A stretch of DNA of 64,000 nt from a virus: IMG/VR virus record IMGVR_UViG_3300025276_000022. One strand, given 5' to 3'. The notes under the pieces were generated by a model. That model saw only the letters and a program-made list of their open reading frames with translations. It ran no database searches and was not told where the DNA came from. This document shows, piece after piece, positions 1-9,583 of this stretch; positions within the stretch are counted from its first letter, which is position 1; every line of letters begins with the position of its first letter. Position numbers and translations under genes: made by a program.

Positions 1-9
1 GACGGTGCG

Positions 10-528
10 ATGCAAAGAAGCTTGGTCTTCAGAGACTTGGGTTCTAATGATACGCTCAAGGAAGTTGCACGACAACTGCTAGATCAGAACGACATAGATA
101 CCTACATCTCTAAGTTTTTCCCTATGGTACCACTCGAAGGGTTTTCGGTGGGGTGGCACCAAGACAATCATTATATCAAGGCCGACCCTAGTCGTCTGAT
201 CAGTTGTGATGTATTTGTTAATGGTGCGGATAAGGAGAATGGTTGCCTACGTATTATACCTAACTCCCATACCGAAGAGTTTGACCATAACCAGAGATCA
301 CACCGTGTGTTTGACTGGATAGATATAGACGAAGAGTGTTCGACTATAGTAGACATAGAGTGTGACACTACATTCGCAGTTTTCTTTCACCCAAACCTAG
401 TACATGGATGTTATAGAAATAGAAGTGATAGATATCGTTATAGTATTGCTTGGGAATATATTCATGAAGGATATGTTCCGAAAACACATAATGGCCATAA
501 TTCTCAGGATAGGTTACCCGTGATATGA
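10..528 (+). CDS. Phytanoyl-CoA dioxygenase-family 2OG-Fe(II) oxygenase (possibly 5'-truncated by the window edge)
   Basis: WHQD (HxD), ENGCLRIIPNSH, distal LVHG and RYS motifs typical of the PhyH family. Confidence 0.85.
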   Translation: MQRSLVFRDLGSNDTLKEVARQLLDQNDIDTYISKFFPMVPLEGFSVGWHQDNHYIKADPSRLISCDVFVNGADKENGCLRIIPNSHTEEFDHNQRSHRVFDWIDIDEECSTIVDIECDTTFAVFFHPNLVHGCYRNRSDRYRYSIAWEYIHEGYVPKTHNGHNSQDRLPVI

Positions 529-1325
529 AAGCAATACAGATTGTAATAAAAGGTGACGAACGATCAGAAGAATATGCACATCTTTCTAGACGTTCTTTCC
601 AACGTGCCATCGACGATGGTTACATCGACTCCATCGAAACCTTCGATGCGATCACCCCCCAATCAGAAGACTTCCAAGAACATGTAGATAAGTACACGTG
701 GGATAAGAGTCTGATGACTCTAGATACACTTTCCGGAAAGGGTAAGGATGATCATTCCCCTACAGAGAAAGCTGGGATGTGTTCTCACTGGGAACTTATG
801 CGTCAACAAGGAGAGTCAGACGAGAAGTTCTGGATCATGGAACACGACACTTGGTTGATAGAAGAACGTTATGAAGCGTTTAAACTTCTCTCGGAGTACT
901 CTGAAAACACCCTCTATGCGAACATTGGACTATTCATGGGCATGTACTGCATGGACAAAGGGTTTGCTCACTGGAGTCAACACATGTTGACCAACAACGA
1001 TTTTCCTATAAACTGCGGCCCATACTGCGTTTTACAACGTCTTTTCAGAACATACACAACTGACTACCTTACTCGCCCAGAAATAAATTATTACGGAATT
1101 CGCAATACCGCCTTGCATCCTTGGTCTGGATGTGATACAATAGGCGTAGGTCGTGACATTGGAGTTTACTTTAATTTATTTGACGAACATAATACTGGTA
1201 TCCCAACACCAACAACTCAGTTGATTTCAAAACGTCTGAGTGTGACTCAAGACCACCATGGCTATAAAGATACGCATATACAAGAACCTTGGACTAGACA
1301 CAAATTCTTTAAGGTAATTGATTGA
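525..1325 (+). CDS. GT25-like glycosyltransferase
   Basis: FDAITP, EKAGMCSHWELM and IMEHD motifs of GT25 (LPS biosynthesis) proteins. Confidence 0.65.
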   Translation: MKAIQIVIKGDERSEEYAHLSRRSFQRAIDDGYIDSIETFDAITPQSEDFQEHVDKYTWDKSLMTLDTLSGKGKDDHSPTEKAGMCSHWELMRQQGESDEKFWIMEHDTWLIEERYEAFKLLSEYSENTLYANIGLFMGMYCMDKGFAHWSQHMLTNNDFPINCGPYCVLQRLFRTYTTDYLTRPEINYYGIRNTALHPWSGCDTIGVGRDIGVYFNLFDEHNTGIPTPTTQLISKRLSVTQDHHGYKDTHIQEPWTRHKFFKVID

Positions 1326-1333
1326 TAAGGGGG

Positions 1334-1362
1334 TTGACAGACAGCGCTAAATAATGTATAAT
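1334..1362 (+). promoter_or_regulatory. Sigma70-type early promoter
   Basis: TTGACA-17nt-TATAAT. Confidence 0.85.
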
Positions 1363-1388
1363 GTATATTAAATCGTGAAAGGTCTTAT

Positions 1389-2537
1389 ATGAATTATCAA
1401 CCATACAATCTCCAAGATGTCTATGACGCGGCATCTCAGAAAAAATTTAAAGTAGTGTCTACGTTCGCTGGCGGTGGTGGTTCATCCACTGGATACCGAC
1501 TGGCAGGTGCTGACATTCTCGCAGTTAACGAGTTCGTCGAAGAAGCACGGGTCACCTATAAAGAGAACTATCCGGACACTCCAATTCTTCCCGACGATAT
1601 CAAACAACTATCTGGTAAAGATTTCCTAGAGCTCACTGGTCTCAAGAAAGGTGAACTGGATATTCTTGACGGATCTCCTCCTTGCTCTGCATTTTCTGTT
1701 GCAGGCAAACTCTCTCATTCATCTGATGGTAAACACTCTGATGGTTGGGGACAGACCAAGTCCTATAGTGACGGTAAGATTGTCGAGAACATCGAAGACT
1801 TGTTCTTTGAGTTCTTACGTGTAGCTAAAGAAATCTCCCCCAAGGTAATCATCGCAGAGAATGTTAAAGGTCTGACCATTGGTGAGGCAAAAGAATACTA
1901 CAACCGCATCCTTAATGAATTCGAGAATATTGGATATGAGGTTGTCTCTGAGGTTATGGATTCTCGTTACTACGGTGTCTCTCAGACTCGTACTCGTGTA
2001 ATCTTCATTGCCGTAAGACAAGATGTTGCCGACGAGGTTGGGTTAAACTTCCTAACTATGAATCACTTGTTCCCTGCACCAAGCCGCACAGCGATCCCTC
2101 TCAAGGATGTTCTGGTTGGTCTGGAGTATGATAACGAAGAAGTCGAGTACCTAACAGAGAAGTTCGAAAGAACTGCGTACTGGAAAGATACTGGATCTCT
2201 GATGCCAACCTTTCCTGATAAAGTTTTGACTGGGGGTGACTATCATCCGAAAGGTCACCACTTCAATCTCAAGAGAGTATCGCTCGAAGTCCCTGCCCCT
2301 ACTCTTACTGCGATGGGTAGCGGAGATACTACTGCTGGTGCATTTCATTGGAGTGATCCAAGAAAGTTGACACTAGGTGAATTAAAGCGTATAATGTCAC
2401 TACCCGATGACTTTAAACTAACGGGCAAGTGGAACCAGAAGGCAGAACGTATTGGTCGTATGGTACCACCATTAATGATGAAACAGATTGCTGAGTCAGT
2501 CTATGATAACGTATTGAAGGTATATAATGAAAGATAG
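1389..2537 (+). CDS. DNA cytosine-C5 methyltransferase, probable carboxymethyltransferase
   Basis: Motifs FAGGGG (I), GSPPC (IV), ENV (VI), QTRTR (VIII); motif X reads GRMVPP instead of GN(A/S)VP. Confidence 0.9.
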   Translation: MNYQPYNLQDVYDAASQKKFKVVSTFAGGGGSSTGYRLAGADILAVNEFVEEARVTYKENYPDTPILPDDIKQLSGKDFLELTGLKKGELDILDGSPPCSAFSVAGKLSHSSDGKHSDGWGQTKSYSDGKIVENIEDLFFEFLRVAKEISPKVIIAENVKGLTIGEAKEYYNRILNEFENIGYEVVSEVMDSRYYGVSQTRTRVIFIAVRQDVADEVGLNFLTMNHLFPAPSRTAIPLKDVLVGLEYDNEEVEYLTEKFERTAYWKDTGSLMPTFPDKVLTGGDYHPKGHHFNLKRVSLEVPAPTLTAMGSGDTTAGAFHWSDPRKLTLGELKRIMSLPDDFKLTGKWNQKAERIGRMVPPLMMKQIAESVYDNVLKVYNER

Positions 2538-3246
2538 AGAAAGCACAACCCATAGAGATTTTACATTCGGTCACCGCGAAGAAGGTTTCGATAATCATAT
2601 CGATGCTTCGATTCGCCACTACTCCTCACTACACGATGACGTAGTAAACTTATCTCGTTACTTTGTAGAGAACGATACTAAGGTTGTAGACATTGGATGT
2701 AGTACAGGTAAGACCATCGAAGCCATGGTCAAACAGAATCATGAAACTGCGCCCAATGCACATTACTGTGGTGTTGAGTATGCCGAAGTGTTTCAAGCAG
2801 AGATGACTGATCGAGAAAAGAGACTTAATGGTGAAGGTCATCATATCTGTTTTCAAAACAAGAACATCATCCACCACAACTTTTCAAACTGTTCTCTTGT
2901 AACTTCTATCTTCACGTTGCAGTTCATGCAACCGCTATGGAGAAAGAAGGTAATGCAAAACATCTATGATGGTCTTAACGAAGGCGGTGCGTTCATCTTT
3001 GCCGAGAAGACTTATTCAGAGAACTCACGTATCCAAGATATGATAACCTCTACGTTCTATGAGTACAAAGCAGAGCACTTCACCTATGAAGATATTATGG
3101 AGAAAGAGAAGACTCTCCGAACTATGTTGAAACCAATGACTTGGAACGAGCTTGTCGCTCTACTAACCTCAGTTGGTTTTGATTCGACAAAGATTCAACC
3201 GTTCTGGATGAATCATTTGTTCGTCGGTGCTATTGCAATAAAGTAA
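2527..3246 (+). CDS. cmoA: CmoA-like carboxy-S-adenosylmethionine synthase
   Basis: DFTF..F..HI..SI..Y, VVDIGCSTG, FTLQF, IYDGLNEGGAFIFAEK align with bacterial CmoA. Confidence 0.85.
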   Translation: MKDRESTTHRDFTFGHREEGFDNHIDASIRHYSSLHDDVVNLSRYFVENDTKVVDIGCSTGKTIEAMVKQNHETAPNAHYCGVEYAEVFQAEMTDREKRLNGEGHHICFQNKNIIHHNFSNCSLVTSIFTLQFMQPLWRKKVMQNIYDGLNEGGAFIFAEKTYSENSRIQDMITSTFYEYKAEHFTYEDIMEKEKTLRTMLKPMTWNELVALLTSVGFDSTKIQPFWMNHLFVGAIAIK

Positions 3247-3265
3247 ATTATTTAGCTATAAGCCC

Positions 3266-3294
3266 TTGACTTTTGTTTCGAAAAGAGGTATAAT
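3266..3294 (+). promoter_or_regulatory. Early promoter of the TTGACTTTTGTTT cassette family
   Basis: TTGACT-17-TATAAT; near-identical to 45817-45845 and shares the GAGTTGAGAGAGA leader. Confidence 0.85.
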
Positions 3295-3332
3295 AGGTAC
3301 TTAGTTAATCGAGTTGAGAGAGAAAATATATT

Positions 3333-4820
3333 ATGATTGCGACGAACTCTACCCACATACATAAAATTGTTTGCGAAGAACTTGTGTCTAAATCTCATGA
3401 GGCGTACACCTACAAGTGGACTATCAAAGACCCTGATAGCAATAAAACCTATTTTTATGGTGGTCGCAGACATAACGAGTATCAGCCTAATGCGTATATG
3501 CATTCAAGTAAGAATGCTAAATTTCTTGACATTCTTAGTAAGAGTAAGGATGTAACATATGAGGTCACTTCTGTAGGTACTCATGAAGAGGCAGCGCTCG
3601 AAGAGGCTCGAATGTTAACAGACTCTAAAGCTAAGAGTTCAGAATATTGGTTTAACTCTACCAATGGTTTAGGTGGTAAAGGTGGTAAAGGTGTTGGTAA
3701 AACATTATTTTTAGACACTCTCACTAGTGAGATGAAACGTCTTATGAACGGTGAAGAAAACCTTAAACCAGACCAAGTCGGGCCTATGGGTATCACCAAG
3801 GGCAACTACTCAAAAGCAGATTTAAGAGATATTGTTGTTATCCGACAACAATTCGTACAAACGCGTTCATACCAATTTAATTCCTCTCACGTATCTACTT
3901 TGGCGGAAGGGTTTGATAAGAAATCTGACCCAAATGAATGGGAACCTATTGTCGTTCTTCTGGATGCTAAGGTAATAGATAACAAAGTAGTATATTGTGA
4001 CAAAGGTGGCGTAGTTGTTATTTCAGGTAATCACCGTTCGCGTGGTTTAGTACGTTCTACTAATGGAGTATCTTTGAATGCCTATAACATTCCCCATAAG
4101 TCTTGGGAAAAATTAGACGACATAGACATGAGAACGTTATCTAATAGATTTAACCCAAACCCTGAAAAACCTGTACTCAAGCAAGACCCTGAAGCGGCCG
4201 CAGCATGGGTCTTGGGTTGGTGTGAAAATAGAGGTCTAACAAAGATTGCTGATGATGGAGTTACAAAGATACCTGATATTAAACACTCCCTCGTTAAAAA
4301 GGAACTTATCGAAGTTAATAACTACACTCAGGGCGATTTCAATAGTGTTATAAAAGAGTGCCAGAAAAAAATCGAGAAACAATTTATAGCTGATGGAGAT
4401 AATATGCTAGATTGGGCAGACGCGGCTATGTCTCTAGACCCTGTCTTAGCTGGTACCCTTGACCATTATAAAACGAGGTTAATAGACGAAGGGCAACATA
4501 CCGATGTTTATAAGATTTCAGGTAAGGTTCTTAACTGGGGTAAACTCTCAGATAGGATTTATGATAAAAAACAATGCGAGATTAAGACCCATCATAACTT
4601 ATTGGTATTAGTGTACCATGCGACTAAGGAAGATATGAAGGAGTGTAAAAAGGGTCTATATAAAAAATGTAAAGTATTCTCAGATGATTTTATTGCGGGT
4701 AAACCAGACCGTAAAATTGAGTATATGCATCTGCCTATCACCAAGTCATACCTTCAATATAAAAGCCCGTTGAAGCTTGACTATGATATTGTTTGCGATA
4801 AACTAGTAGAAGGTTTGTAA
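3333..4820 (+). CDS. Seg-like GIY-YIG domain fused to a ParB/Srx-like domain
   Basis: N-terminal YTY..FYGG..YMHSS..E..WFNSTN pattern; central PIVVL..ISGNHR ParB-like motif. Confidence 0.6.
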   Translation: MIATNSTHIHKIVCEELVSKSHEAYTYKWTIKDPDSNKTYFYGGRRHNEYQPNAYMHSSKNAKFLDILSKSKDVTYEVTSVGTHEEAALEEARMLTDSKAKSSEYWFNSTNGLGGKGGKGVGKTLFLDTLTSEMKRLMNGEENLKPDQVGPMGITKGNYSKADLRDIVVIRQQFVQTRSYQFNSSHVSTLAEGFDKKSDPNEWEPIVVLLDAKVIDNKVVYCDKGGVVVISGNHRSRGLVRSTNGVSLNAYNIPHKSWEKLDDIDMRTLSNRFNPNPEKPVLKQDPEAAAAWVLGWCENRGLTKIADDGVTKIPDIKHSLVKKELIEVNNYTQGDFNSVIKECQKKIEKQFIADGDNMLDWADAAMSLDPVLAGTLDHYKTRLIDEGQHTDVYKISGKVLNWGKLSDRIYDKKQCEIKTHHNLLVLVYHATKEDMKECKKGLYKKCKVFSDDFIAGKPDRKIEYMHLPITKSYLQYKSPLKLDYDIVCDKLVEGL

Positions 4821-5687
4821 TTGATACGAGACTTACTTATCGACCACATAACAGGAAAGGTGCCGCACGATAAGGTTGCGGTACTTCTTTCTGGTGGTGT
4901 TGACAGTATCAGTGTGGCAATCGCTGCACAGGATGCTGGGAAGACTGTACACGCGTATAGTTTCCATCTCGAAGGACAACCATCTTATGACCATGCGAAG
5001 GCAAAAGAAGTCGCAGAAATCATGGGGTGGGAGTTCACCACTATTATCGTCCCTACTGATAACCTAGTTGAAGACTGGCACCGACTAGTCAAACATGGTT
5101 GTCGCAAGAAATCCCACTACGAAGCCGCAGTGTTTCCCTTCCTCTATTGTTATGAAAACATGTTAGAAGAATACTGTATTACTGGATGGGGTGCAGACGC
5201 CTACTTCGGTTGCAGTAAGAAAGCAATGATACGATACTCTTCTTTTAAAAAGAAGCGCAACTACGTCAAGTACTGTAAAGAGAACAACCAGACGAGAGTT
5301 AACTGGAATGAGTTCCGTAATGCCTATCTAGACGGAGACTGTGCAGGACTACAGCAACACACCAATCTTGCAGAGAAGCATGGTAAGGTGCATGTCACTC
5401 CATATCTAGACCCACGCGTACGCGAGTACTTTATGAAGTTTTCGTGGGAAGAACTCAACAAACCAAAACAAAAGAATATAATCCGTGAAGAATTTAATAT
5501 TGAAGATCTGTTTGGGAAAGTCAAGCCCCATATCAATCTTCAGTTGGGTAGTGGTATTGATACACTGTTCGAGACTCTTCTGGATAATCCGGAGGTAAAC
5601 TATAAAAGAAGACAGCGAGTGATGGACATGTGCCGCGACTGGTACACCGATCATACTACTTCTAATCTTTCTGATTTCATGTCTTGA
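4821..5687 (+). CDS. Asparagine synthase-like PP-loop ATP-dependent amide ligase (no glutaminase domain)
   Basis: LLSGGVDS PP-loop, ITGWGADAYFG, TPYLD and KNIIR motifs; TTG start. Confidence 0.8.
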   Translation: MIRDLLIDHITGKVPHDKVAVLLSGGVDSISVAIAAQDAGKTVHAYSFHLEGQPSYDHAKAKEVAEIMGWEFTTIIVPTDNLVEDWHRLVKHGCRKKSHYEAAVFPFLYCYENMLEEYCITGWGADAYFGCSKKAMIRYSSFKKKRNYVKYCKENNQTRVNWNEFRNAYLDGDCAGLQQHTNLAEKHGKVHVTPYLDPRVREYFMKFSWEELNKPKQKNIIREEFNIEDLFGKVKPHINLQLGSGIDTLFETLLDNPEVNYKRRQRVMDMCRDWYTDHTTSNLSDFMS

Positions 5688-5712
5688 CAGACTCTCCTAA
5701 TCAAGGTATAAT
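5684..5712 (+). promoter_or_regulatory. Sigma70-type early promoter for gp43
   Basis: TTGACA-17-TATAAT, 6 nt before the ATG. Confidence 0.85.
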
Positions 5713-5718
5713 AGCCCC

Positions 5719-8196
5719 ATGACAAAATTTTACTCTTCTGCTATCCGTATGGGTAAGCACATTCTATATCGCGGTTACGAGAACGGCCTACAGGTCAAGA
5801 AACGTATTCCATTCCAACCTAAACTATATGTCACCAGTCAGAACGAATCTGATTGGAAGACTCTGGACGGTCTCCCCGTTGCCGAGTGCGTCTTGGACTC
5901 TATGTCTGATGCGACTGACTTCCTCAAGAAGTATGCTGATGTGCATAACTTCAAGGTATATGGTAACAACAATTACGTTGCCCAGTATATCGGTGAACAA
6001 TTTCCCAATAAGATAAACTTCGACCGCGATCTAATCCGGACTGCCAATATCGATATCGAGGTTTATAGTAAGGAAGGTTTCCCTGAGCCAGGCAAGGCTG
6101 CATATCCAGTGACCTCTATTACAATGCGCAAGAATGATGGCACCTACTGGGTGTGGGCATGTGGAGACTATGTCACTACTCGTGAAGAAGTCCTCTATAT
6201 CAAATGCGACAACGAGATGGATCTTCTCCGCAAGTTTATTGAGCACTGGTCTCACTACGCTCCTGACATTCTGACAGGTTGGAACAGTCGGTTCTTCGAT
6301 ATCCCATACATCGTTAACCGTTGCGTTAACCTGTTCGGTGATGACACGTTATTGAAACGACTATCTCCTTGGGGTGCGGTACGTGAACGTAATGTAACTA
6401 TTCAAGGTCGCGCCAATCAGGAATACGTGATTGAAGGTGTCGAGCACCTAGATTACATTGAAATCTTTAAGAAGTTCACACTCAACACTCTGGGTCAACA
6501 AGAATCCTATCGTCTAGACCATATCGCCCACGTTGTCTTGGGTGAACGCAAGTTGTCCTATGAGGAGCACGGAAACCTCCACGCTCTTTATGAAAACGAC
6601 TTCCAAAAGTTTATTGACTATAACATCAAAGACGTGGAGTTGGTTCACAAGATCGATGAGAAACTCGACTTGATTACTCTGGTACTCACCATGGCATATC
6701 GTGGTGGTGTTAACTATGGTGACACACTTGGTACTACTAACATCTGGGACAGCATCATCTACCGTATGCTGAACAAGATGAAGGTCGTAGTTCCTTCCAA
6801 ATCTGAGAAGCCTAAGACTTCATATCCGGGCGGTTATGTTAAAGAACCTCAAGTTGGGTCACACGACTGGGTTACCTCTTTTGATTTGGCGTCTCTATAT
6901 CCCAACATCATTGTTCAATATAACATGTCACCTGAGACTGTGATGGACGGTTTCCATAATGGTGTAAGCGTCGATAAGTTTCTTGATGGATCATACAAGG
7001 TATCTGAGTCTAACGTCTCTATTGCGCCAACTGGAGTCGCTTTCTCACATGATAGAGAGGGGGTCATTCCTACGGTGATTAAACAATACTACACGGAACG
7101 TAGTCTTATCAAGAAGGAGATGTTGAAACTCCAGCAGGAATACCAGAAGAATCCGACTAATGCTTTGGCCTATAGGATATCGTCACTGGACAACCAACAG
7201 ATGGCTATCAAGATTCTTATGAACTCCCTCTATGGTGCGCTCGGTAATCGATACTTCCGTTACTTTGATCAACGTGTTGCAGAGTCAATTACTCTTGCAG
7301 GGCAACTTGCAATCAAATGGGCAGAGAGAGCAGCCAATAATGAGATGCAGAAACTTCTTAAAACAGATGAAGATTATGTTGTAGCAATTGACACGGATTC
7401 TCTATACATTCGTATGTCTGCCCTTGTGGATAAGTTTTCTCCTAAAGACCCTGTAAAGTTTCTTGACAAGATATGTTCCGAGCACTTCGAGAAAGTTCTG
7501 GAAAATTCTTATAATGAGATGGCAGAAGTTACTGGTGCGTACGAGAATCGTATGGTGATGGAACGTGAGGTAATCGCAGACCGTGGTATCTGGATGGCGA
7601 AGAAACGATATATCCTTAATGTGCATAACTCTGAGGGTGTGCAGTACGCAGAACCTAAACTCAAGATGATGGGTATCGAGGCAATCAAGTCATCGACTCC
7701 TTCGGTTGTCCGTGACAAGATGAAAGAAATCTTCCGCGTCATTGTAGAAGGTACCGAGGAAACCACCCAGAGATTTATCCGTGAGTTCAAGACTCTGTTT
7801 AATACATTACCACCCGAAGATGTTTCGTGGCCCCGTGGTATCTCTAATCTCGATAAGTGGAAAGACCGAGAGACTATTTTCAAGAAGGGTACTCCCATAC
7901 ATGTTCGCGGTGCGTTATGTTATAACAATCTAATCAAGGAGAATAATCTTGGTAATAGATATGAACTGGTCAAGCCAGGCGAGAAGGTAAAGTTCGTCTA
8001 TCTAAAAGTACCGAATCGTCTGGGTGAAAACGTTGTGGCATATCCTCAACATCTCCCCGAAGAACTGGGACTGGGTAAGTATATCGATTACGACTTAATG
8101 TTCAGTAAGACTTTCATTGCCCCTCTCGAACCAATTCTTGATGCAGTCGGTTGGGCTTCTGAACCTCGTGCCACATTGGAGGACTTCTTCGGATGA
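5719..8196 (+). CDS. 43: Family B DNA polymerase (T4 gp43-like)
   Basis: DIEV exonuclease motif, [27 protein letters not shown]; C-terminal clamp-binding LEDFF. Confidence 0.97.
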   Translation: MTKFYSSAIRMGKHILYRGYENGLQVKKRIPFQPKLYVTSQNESDWKTLDGLPVAECVLDSMSDATDFLKKYADVHNFKVYGNNNYVAQYIGEQFPNKINFDRDLIRTANIDIEVYSKEGFPEPGKAAYPVTSITMRKNDGTYWVWACGDYVTTREEVLYIKCDNEMDLLRKFIEHWSHYAPDILTGWNSRFFDIPYIVNRCVNLFGDDTLLKRLSPWGAVRERNVTIQGRANQEYVIEGVEHLDYIEIFKKFTLNTLGQQESYRLDHIAHVVLGERKLSYEEHGNLHALYENDFQKFIDYNIKDVELVHKIDEKLDLITLVLTMAYRGGVNYGDTLGTTNIWDSIIYRMLNKMKVVVPSKSEKPKTSYPGGYVKEPQVGSHDWVTSFDLASLYPNIIVQYNMSPETVMDGFHNGVSVDKFLDGSYKVSESNVSIAPTGVAFSHDREGVIPTVIKQYYTERSLIKKEMLKLQQEYQKNPTNALAYRISSLDNQQMAIKILMNSLYGALGNRYFRYFDQRVAESITLAGQLAIKWAERAANNEMQKLLKTDEDYVVAIDTDSLYIRMSALVDKFSPKDPVKFLDKICSEHFEKVLENSYNEMAEVTGAYENRMVMEREVIADRGIWMAKKRYILNVHNSEGVQYAEPKLKMMGIEAIKSSTPSVVRDKMKEIFRVIVEGTEETTQRFIREFKTLFNTLPPEDVSWPRGISNLDKWKDRETIFKKGTPIHVRGALCYNNLIKENNLGNRYELVKPGEKVKFVYLKVPNRLGENVVAYPQHLPEELGLGKYIDYDLMFSKTFIAPLEPILDAVGWASEPRATLEDFFG

Positions 8197-8609
8197 TCAC
8201 AGACTTTTGCGTTATATGCGGAACGAAAGAAAATCTTCATAACCATCATATTGTTTGTAAGAAGAGTAAACTGAAACCAATATCTGGCGACATTGATCAT
8301 TATACAAACCTCATAACTCTCTGTGGAGAACATCATGGGTGGATTCATGGTATGAAACCTAATAGATTCAATGACAATAACCGTTTAAGAACGGCTGGAA
8401 TAAAGAAAGCACAGAAAGAAGGAAAGTATCTTGGACGTGTTCCAACTGCGCAAAGAAAGTCTAAAGAGATTCAGAGATTGCATTCAGAAGGAATGAAACC
8501 GGCATTAATTGCAAAGGAACTCAACATAGGAGTCGCGAGTGTCTACCGATATAGAGAAAAAGAAAAAAAACAAAAGCAAATGACAGATCAAGCGCAATTC
8601 TTCGGTTGA
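8193..8609 (+). CDS. HNH endonuclease with C-terminal resolvase-type HTH
   Basis: CVIC..HHI..NLITLC..HH..IH, then [20 protein letters not shown]. Confidence 0.8.
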   Translation: MITDFCVICGTKENLHNHHIVCKKSKLKPISGDIDHYTNLITLCGEHHGWIHGMKPNRFNDNNRLRTAGIKKAQKEGKYLGRVPTAQRKSKEIQRLHSEGMKPALIAKELNIGVASVYRYREKEKKQKQMTDQAQFFG

Positions 8610-8634
8610 CAGACACCCAACGTTATGGTATAAT
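8606..8634 (+). promoter_or_regulatory. Sigma70-type early promoter
   Basis: TTGACA-17-TATAAT, 6 nt before ATG 8641. Confidence 0.85.
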
Positions 8635-8640
8635 GGCCAC

Positions 8641-9582
8641 ATGAATTACGAATTAACTATATTTAAAAATCAGTTCGATAACAAGACCCATCGTCATATG
8701 GTTCTTGACGATTGGTATAAGTTCGTAAATGTCCTGAAGAACATGTATAAAGAGAAAGGAGAGAAAGGTGGAAATAATTCTAGTCCTCTTGTTAGTCCTG
8801 CTGTTTTCGAAGTGGATACTACGCGTAGTAATAAATCTACTCGCTATTGGGGTGGGTGGTGTTGCGTTGATGTTGATGATCATAATTTCTCTAGCGATGT
8901 TCGAGTCCTTAACCAAGAGTTGCACGAACTCTTTGGCCAGTACGACTACGTTGTGTACAACACTGCATCAAGCAGAGACGACCATCTCAAGTTTAGAATC
9001 GTATTTCGACTAGATGAACATATCGATAATGCTCGGATCAAGGCATTCTGGTATGCACTGAATACTGAACTGGGTGAGATGGGAGATCCACAGACCAAAG
9101 ATCTTGCACGTATGTATTATGTTCCTGCACAGTACCCTAATGCGACTTCGTTCTTCATTACTAATCAAGGGTCTGCTCTAAACACATCTGAGTTGATCGC
9201 AAAACATCCTTACCATGAAAAGACTGGTAATTCTTTCTTAGACAGACTACCTGTAGAGATGCAACAGGCAGTTATACAACATCGTAAGGACAGTCTAAAT
9301 AATACCGACTACAATTGGTCGACATACCGTGACTGTCCGTTCTGGCCCAAACGATTGGGTGTAGAGTACCAAACTATCAATGATGGTGGTTGGTACGCTA
9401 AGATGTATAAGATTATGCTTGCAGTTGCTGGGAATGCATATGCGAAAGGTTACCCTATCACCGCAAGTCAGATCTCAGATATGTGTCGTGATTTTGATCG
9501 TGAGACAGGTAACTGGTATGAAAACCGCCCATTGACCGTAGAGGCTGATAGGGCATTAGAATATATTTACAGGAATAGTTAA
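8641..9582 (+). CDS. AEP-superfamily primase/polymerase-like protein
   Basis: VDVDD, YNTASS..KFRIVF and DPQTKDLARMYY motifs. Confidence 0.65.
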   Translation: MNYELTIFKNQFDNKTHRHMVLDDWYKFVNVLKNMYKEKGEKGGNNSSPLVSPAVFEVDTTRSNKSTRYWGGWCCVDVDDHNFSSDVRVLNQELHELFGQYDYVVYNTASSRDDHLKFRIVFRLDEHIDNARIKAFWYALNTELGEMGDPQTKDLARMYYVPAQYPNATSFFITNQGSALNTSELIAKHPYHEKTGNSFLDRLPVEMQQAVIQHRKDSLNNTDYNWSTYRDCPFWPKRLGVEYQTINDGGWYAKMYKIMLAVAGNAYAKGYPITASQISDMCRDFDRETGNWYENRPLTVEADRALEYIYRNS

Positions 9583-9583
9583 T

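Noticed and set aside
5719-8196. Intein or intron in gp43, gp41 or nrdAB
   Set aside because: Lengths are normal, frames are continuous and no splicing motifs were seen.
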